IMG/VR virus record: IMGVR_UViG_3300040856_002284
Location: 1 to 59,200 of that record
DNA: 59,200 bases
Origin: a virus
Taxonomy: Duplodnaviria > Caudoviricetes
Strand: one strand, 5' to 3'
Part shown: positions 57,069 through 59,200 of the stretch, one piece after another
Layout of the letters: every line of letters starts with the position of its first letter
Position numbering within the stretch: position 1 is the first letter of the stretch
Position numbers and translations under genes: made by a program
The notes under the pieces: model-generated
What the model was told of the DNA's origin: nothing
The model's database searches: none
What the model saw: the letters and a program-made list of their open reading frames with translations, nothing else

Positions 57069-57932
57069 ATGGCTAAAGAAGATTTCGATTTTGATTTCGA
57101 ACCGTGGATGGCAGAAGAATTAATCCACAGAGATGATTGGGAAGAATGGTATGAAGCAATGTGCGAAATTCTTCCACTATGGGATATTAATACTATTCCA
57201 AGAGTAGCAGGCTTTATTGCACAATGTGGACACGAAAGCGGCGGCTTTAGAGTCCTTACAGAAAACCTAAACTATAGTGCAAAAGCACTAAACACTATAT
57301 TTCCAAAATATTTTAAACGTGCAGGGAGAGATGCAAATGAATATCATAGACAACCTGAAAAGATTGCTAACGTCATTTATGCAAACCGTATGGACAACGG
57401 AGACACAGAGAGCGGTGATGGGTGGCGTTTCCGCGGAGGCGGCCTTATTCAGCTTACTGGACGTTACAACTACACTGAATTCGCCGAAGACGTAGATATG
57501 TCAGTAGAAGAAGCAGTAGACTATGTGCGTACCAAAAAAGGTGCGTTGGATAGTGCTTGCTGGTTCTGGGATGAAAACAATCTAAATAAACTATGTGATG
57601 CACTTGACATCGTTAGAATGACAAAGCGTATTAACGGTGGTACTATTGGACTAGAAGATCGCAAAAAGCATTGGGAACATGCTATGGATGTACTAGGCGG
57701 CGATGCAGAAATCGAACCAGAAGAAGAAAAAGAACTAAACTTAAATCAGACTATCAAGCAAGGTTCTAGAGGTCCGTTAGTTAAAGAAGTACAAGAGCAT
57801 TTGGGCATTGAACCTGCAGATGGTATTTTTGGACCAGGTACTGCCCGTCTTGTAAAAGAATGGCAAGCAGAAAACGGTTTGACAGCAGATGGTATTGTAG
57901 GACCTAAAACGCTGGGAAAATTGTTAGGGTAG
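57069..57932 (+). CDS. Endolysin: GH19 catalytic domain plus C-terminal peptidoglycan-binding domain
   Basis: AQCGHES, ENLNYS, FRG.G.IQLTG..NY, INGG; DGIFG / DGIVG..T. Confidence 0.93.
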   Translation: MAKEDFDFDFEPWMAEELIHRDDWEEWYEAMCEILPLWDINTIPRVAGFIAQCGHESGGFRVLTENLNYSAKALNTIFPKYFKRAGRDANEYHRQPEKIANVIYANRMDNGDTESGDGWRFRGGGLIQLTGRYNYTEFAEDVDMSVEEAVDYVRTKKGALDSACWFWDENNLNKLCDALDIVRMTKRINGGTIGLEDRKKHWEHAMDVLGGDAEIEPEEEKELNLNQTIKQGSRGPLVKEVQEHLGIEPADGIFGPGTARLVKEWQAENGLTADGIVGPKTLGKLLG

Positions 57933-57943
57933 GTGGTAAGGGC

Positions 57944-58432
57944 ATGGGTTTGAAACTTGCAGGAGTAATGTTTTTGATAATGTGTGCTATGGGCGGCATA
58001 GGTTATTGGTATTACAATGACACACAAGAACGCATGGCCATACTACAAGAAAACAACGCCAAACTTGAAATTGCAGTAGCAACCAATGAAGAAACTATTA
58101 ATAGTTTAGAGTCAAGTTATGCAAGTGCTCAAGCGGAACTTTCTACCCTGAATGCCCAATATCAAAGCATACGCAGACAAAATCAACAATTAGCAGACAA
58201 GCTACAGCAAATTGATTTAACAGCAGCCGCTATTGCAAATGCAGAAGGCATCGAACGTGCAGTAAATAGAGGCACCTACAATGCAGGTAGATGCTTTGAA
58301 CTGCTATCAGGAGCAGAACTAACAGAACAAGAAAGGACAGCAGAAAATGACATCGCTTTTAACAAAGAGTGTCCTTGGCTTTACGATGATTATAAGTCTC
58401 GCGGCCTGCTCGAGCCAACCACAACAGATTGA
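57944..58432 (+). CDS. Putative inner-membrane spanin (Rz-like)
   Basis: N-terminal TM, coiled coil, follows the endolysin. Confidence 0.7.
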   Translation: MGLKLAGVMFLIMCAMGGIGYWYYNDTQERMAILQENNAKLEIAVATNEETINSLESSYASAQAELSTLNAQYQSIRRQNQQLADKLQQIDLTAAAIANAEGIERAVNRGTYNAGRCFELLSGAELTEQERTAENDIAFNKECPWLYDDYKSRGLLEPTTTD

Positions 58433-58736
58433 GGTTAGTGCTAAACCAATAGACAAACCAACATTAACTCTACCACCGGTAGACGAACTTAATATGAGAA
58501 AAGTAGAATGGATTGTAATTAACGAGGGCAATGTCGATGCAGTAATGCAACGGTTACAATCAGAGGGCAAAGCATTTGCATTATATGCACTTACAGGAGA
58601 AGGATACGGTCACTTAGGTTTGAACTTTAGTGATATTCGTGCTTTAGTCCAACAACAACAAGCTATCATTGCCGCCTATGAAGGTTATTACCAACAAGCA
58701 GAGGAAGCAATGGATAATGCAGTGGTACAAGAATAA
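58347..58736 (+). CDS. Putative outer-membrane spanin lipoprotein (Rz1-like)
   Basis: Lipobox LAAC, Pro-rich, overlaps the i-spanin 3' end. Confidence 0.7.
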   Translation: MTSLLTKSVLGFTMIISLAACSSQPQQIEVSAKPIDKPTLTLPPVDELNMRKVEWIVINEGNVDAVMQRLQSEGKAFALYALTGEGYGHLGLNFSDIRALVQQQQAIIAAYEGYYQQAEEAMDNAVVQE

Positions 58737-59200
58737 CTTTATTGTTATTACAGCAATTATTTTAATGGGCTGTACAACAACAATAGACGATAGTGTGGTC
58801 ACAGCACAGCCATATATTGGTTTACAAGAACGTCAAGATAGAACACAACTACGTGAACTAGTGGGTGTGGATCCTGTGCGTACAGAATGGTGTGCAGCAT
58901 TTGTAAATGCAATACTAGAAAAAGATAATATACCAAATCTCAACGATCAAACTCGATATCCTCCGCTTATGGCAAGAAGTTTTCTATATTGGGGAGAACA
59001 TGTAGAACGTGTTAACATAAAACGTGGTGATGTTGTGGTGTTTCCAAGAGGTAATCAAGGATGGCAAGGACATGTTGGATTTTATGTTGACACACAAACA
59101 CACAACGGTAGAGAGTATTGGATTATACTAGGTGGGAATCAACAAAACGAAGTTAGATATGATTTATTCAATCCGAGGAGAGCATTAGGCATACGAAGAT
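58717..59200 (+). CDS. TIGR02594/CHAP-like lipoprotein, 3'-truncated (not in ORF track)
   Basis: Lipobox LMGC; WCAAFV, ARSF..WG, GD...F.R, GHVGF, LGGNQ. Confidence 0.8.
   Translation, partial: MQWYKNNFIVITAIILMGCTTTIDDSVVTAQPYIGLQERQDRTQLRELVGVDPVRTEWCAAFVNAILEKDNIPNLNDQTRYPPLMARSFLYWGEHVERVNIKRGDVVVFPRGNQGWQGHVGFYVDTQTHNGREYWIILGGNQQNEVRYDLFNPRRALGIRR

Noticed and set aside
1-59200. CRISPR array, IS element, integrase, intron or intein
   Set aside because: No repeat-spacer pattern, transposase or splicing motifs seen
1-59200. Stop-codon reassignment
   Set aside because: Recognisable genes are full length under the standard code and end in TAA, TGA or TAG; no suppressor tRNA seen
1-59200. 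Avoidance of GATC, GANTC, TCNGA or ACNGT
   Set aside because: These sites (including ACCGT and ACGGT) are readily found; only ACWGT looked absent

Overview
AT-rich, gene-dense 59 kb fragment of a large lytic tailed phage (jumbo or T4-like style; no integrase or CRISPR seen). The FdxA, YccA/BI-1 and IscA sequences suggest an alphaproteobacterial host (inference). Contents, left to right: (1) host-takeover and accessory genes (TilS, ClpP, HAD nucleotidase, 2OG/TauD oxygenases, four SGNH-like proteins, nitroreductase); (2) 13 CCA-encoding tRNA genes plus one non-canonical tRNA-like RNA; (3) seven radical-SAM genes, five in tandem, with glycosyltransferase-like, sulfotransferase, QueD, UvsE and IscA genes nearby; (4) a 15 kb tail/baseplate block with an S8 protease; (5) replication and nucleotide genes (DnaE fragment, GIY-YIG nuclease, DexA-like exonuclease, two MazG-like proteins, clamp loader, ThyX, PhoH); (6) a lysis cassette. 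Two promoter classes recur: TTGACA-17-TATAAT-like and T4-late-like (N)NTAAATA. The strongest unexplained signals are the apparent total absence of ACAGT/ACTGT alongside an Hpy188I/EndoII-like nuclease, the tRNA-like RNA at 11460-11549, a riboswitch-like leader on queD, late-promoter-driven radical-SAM genes, promoter-embedded RBS-masking hairpins and a GC-rich dual-frame patch in uvsE. All calls come from reading motifs by eye; no searches were run.
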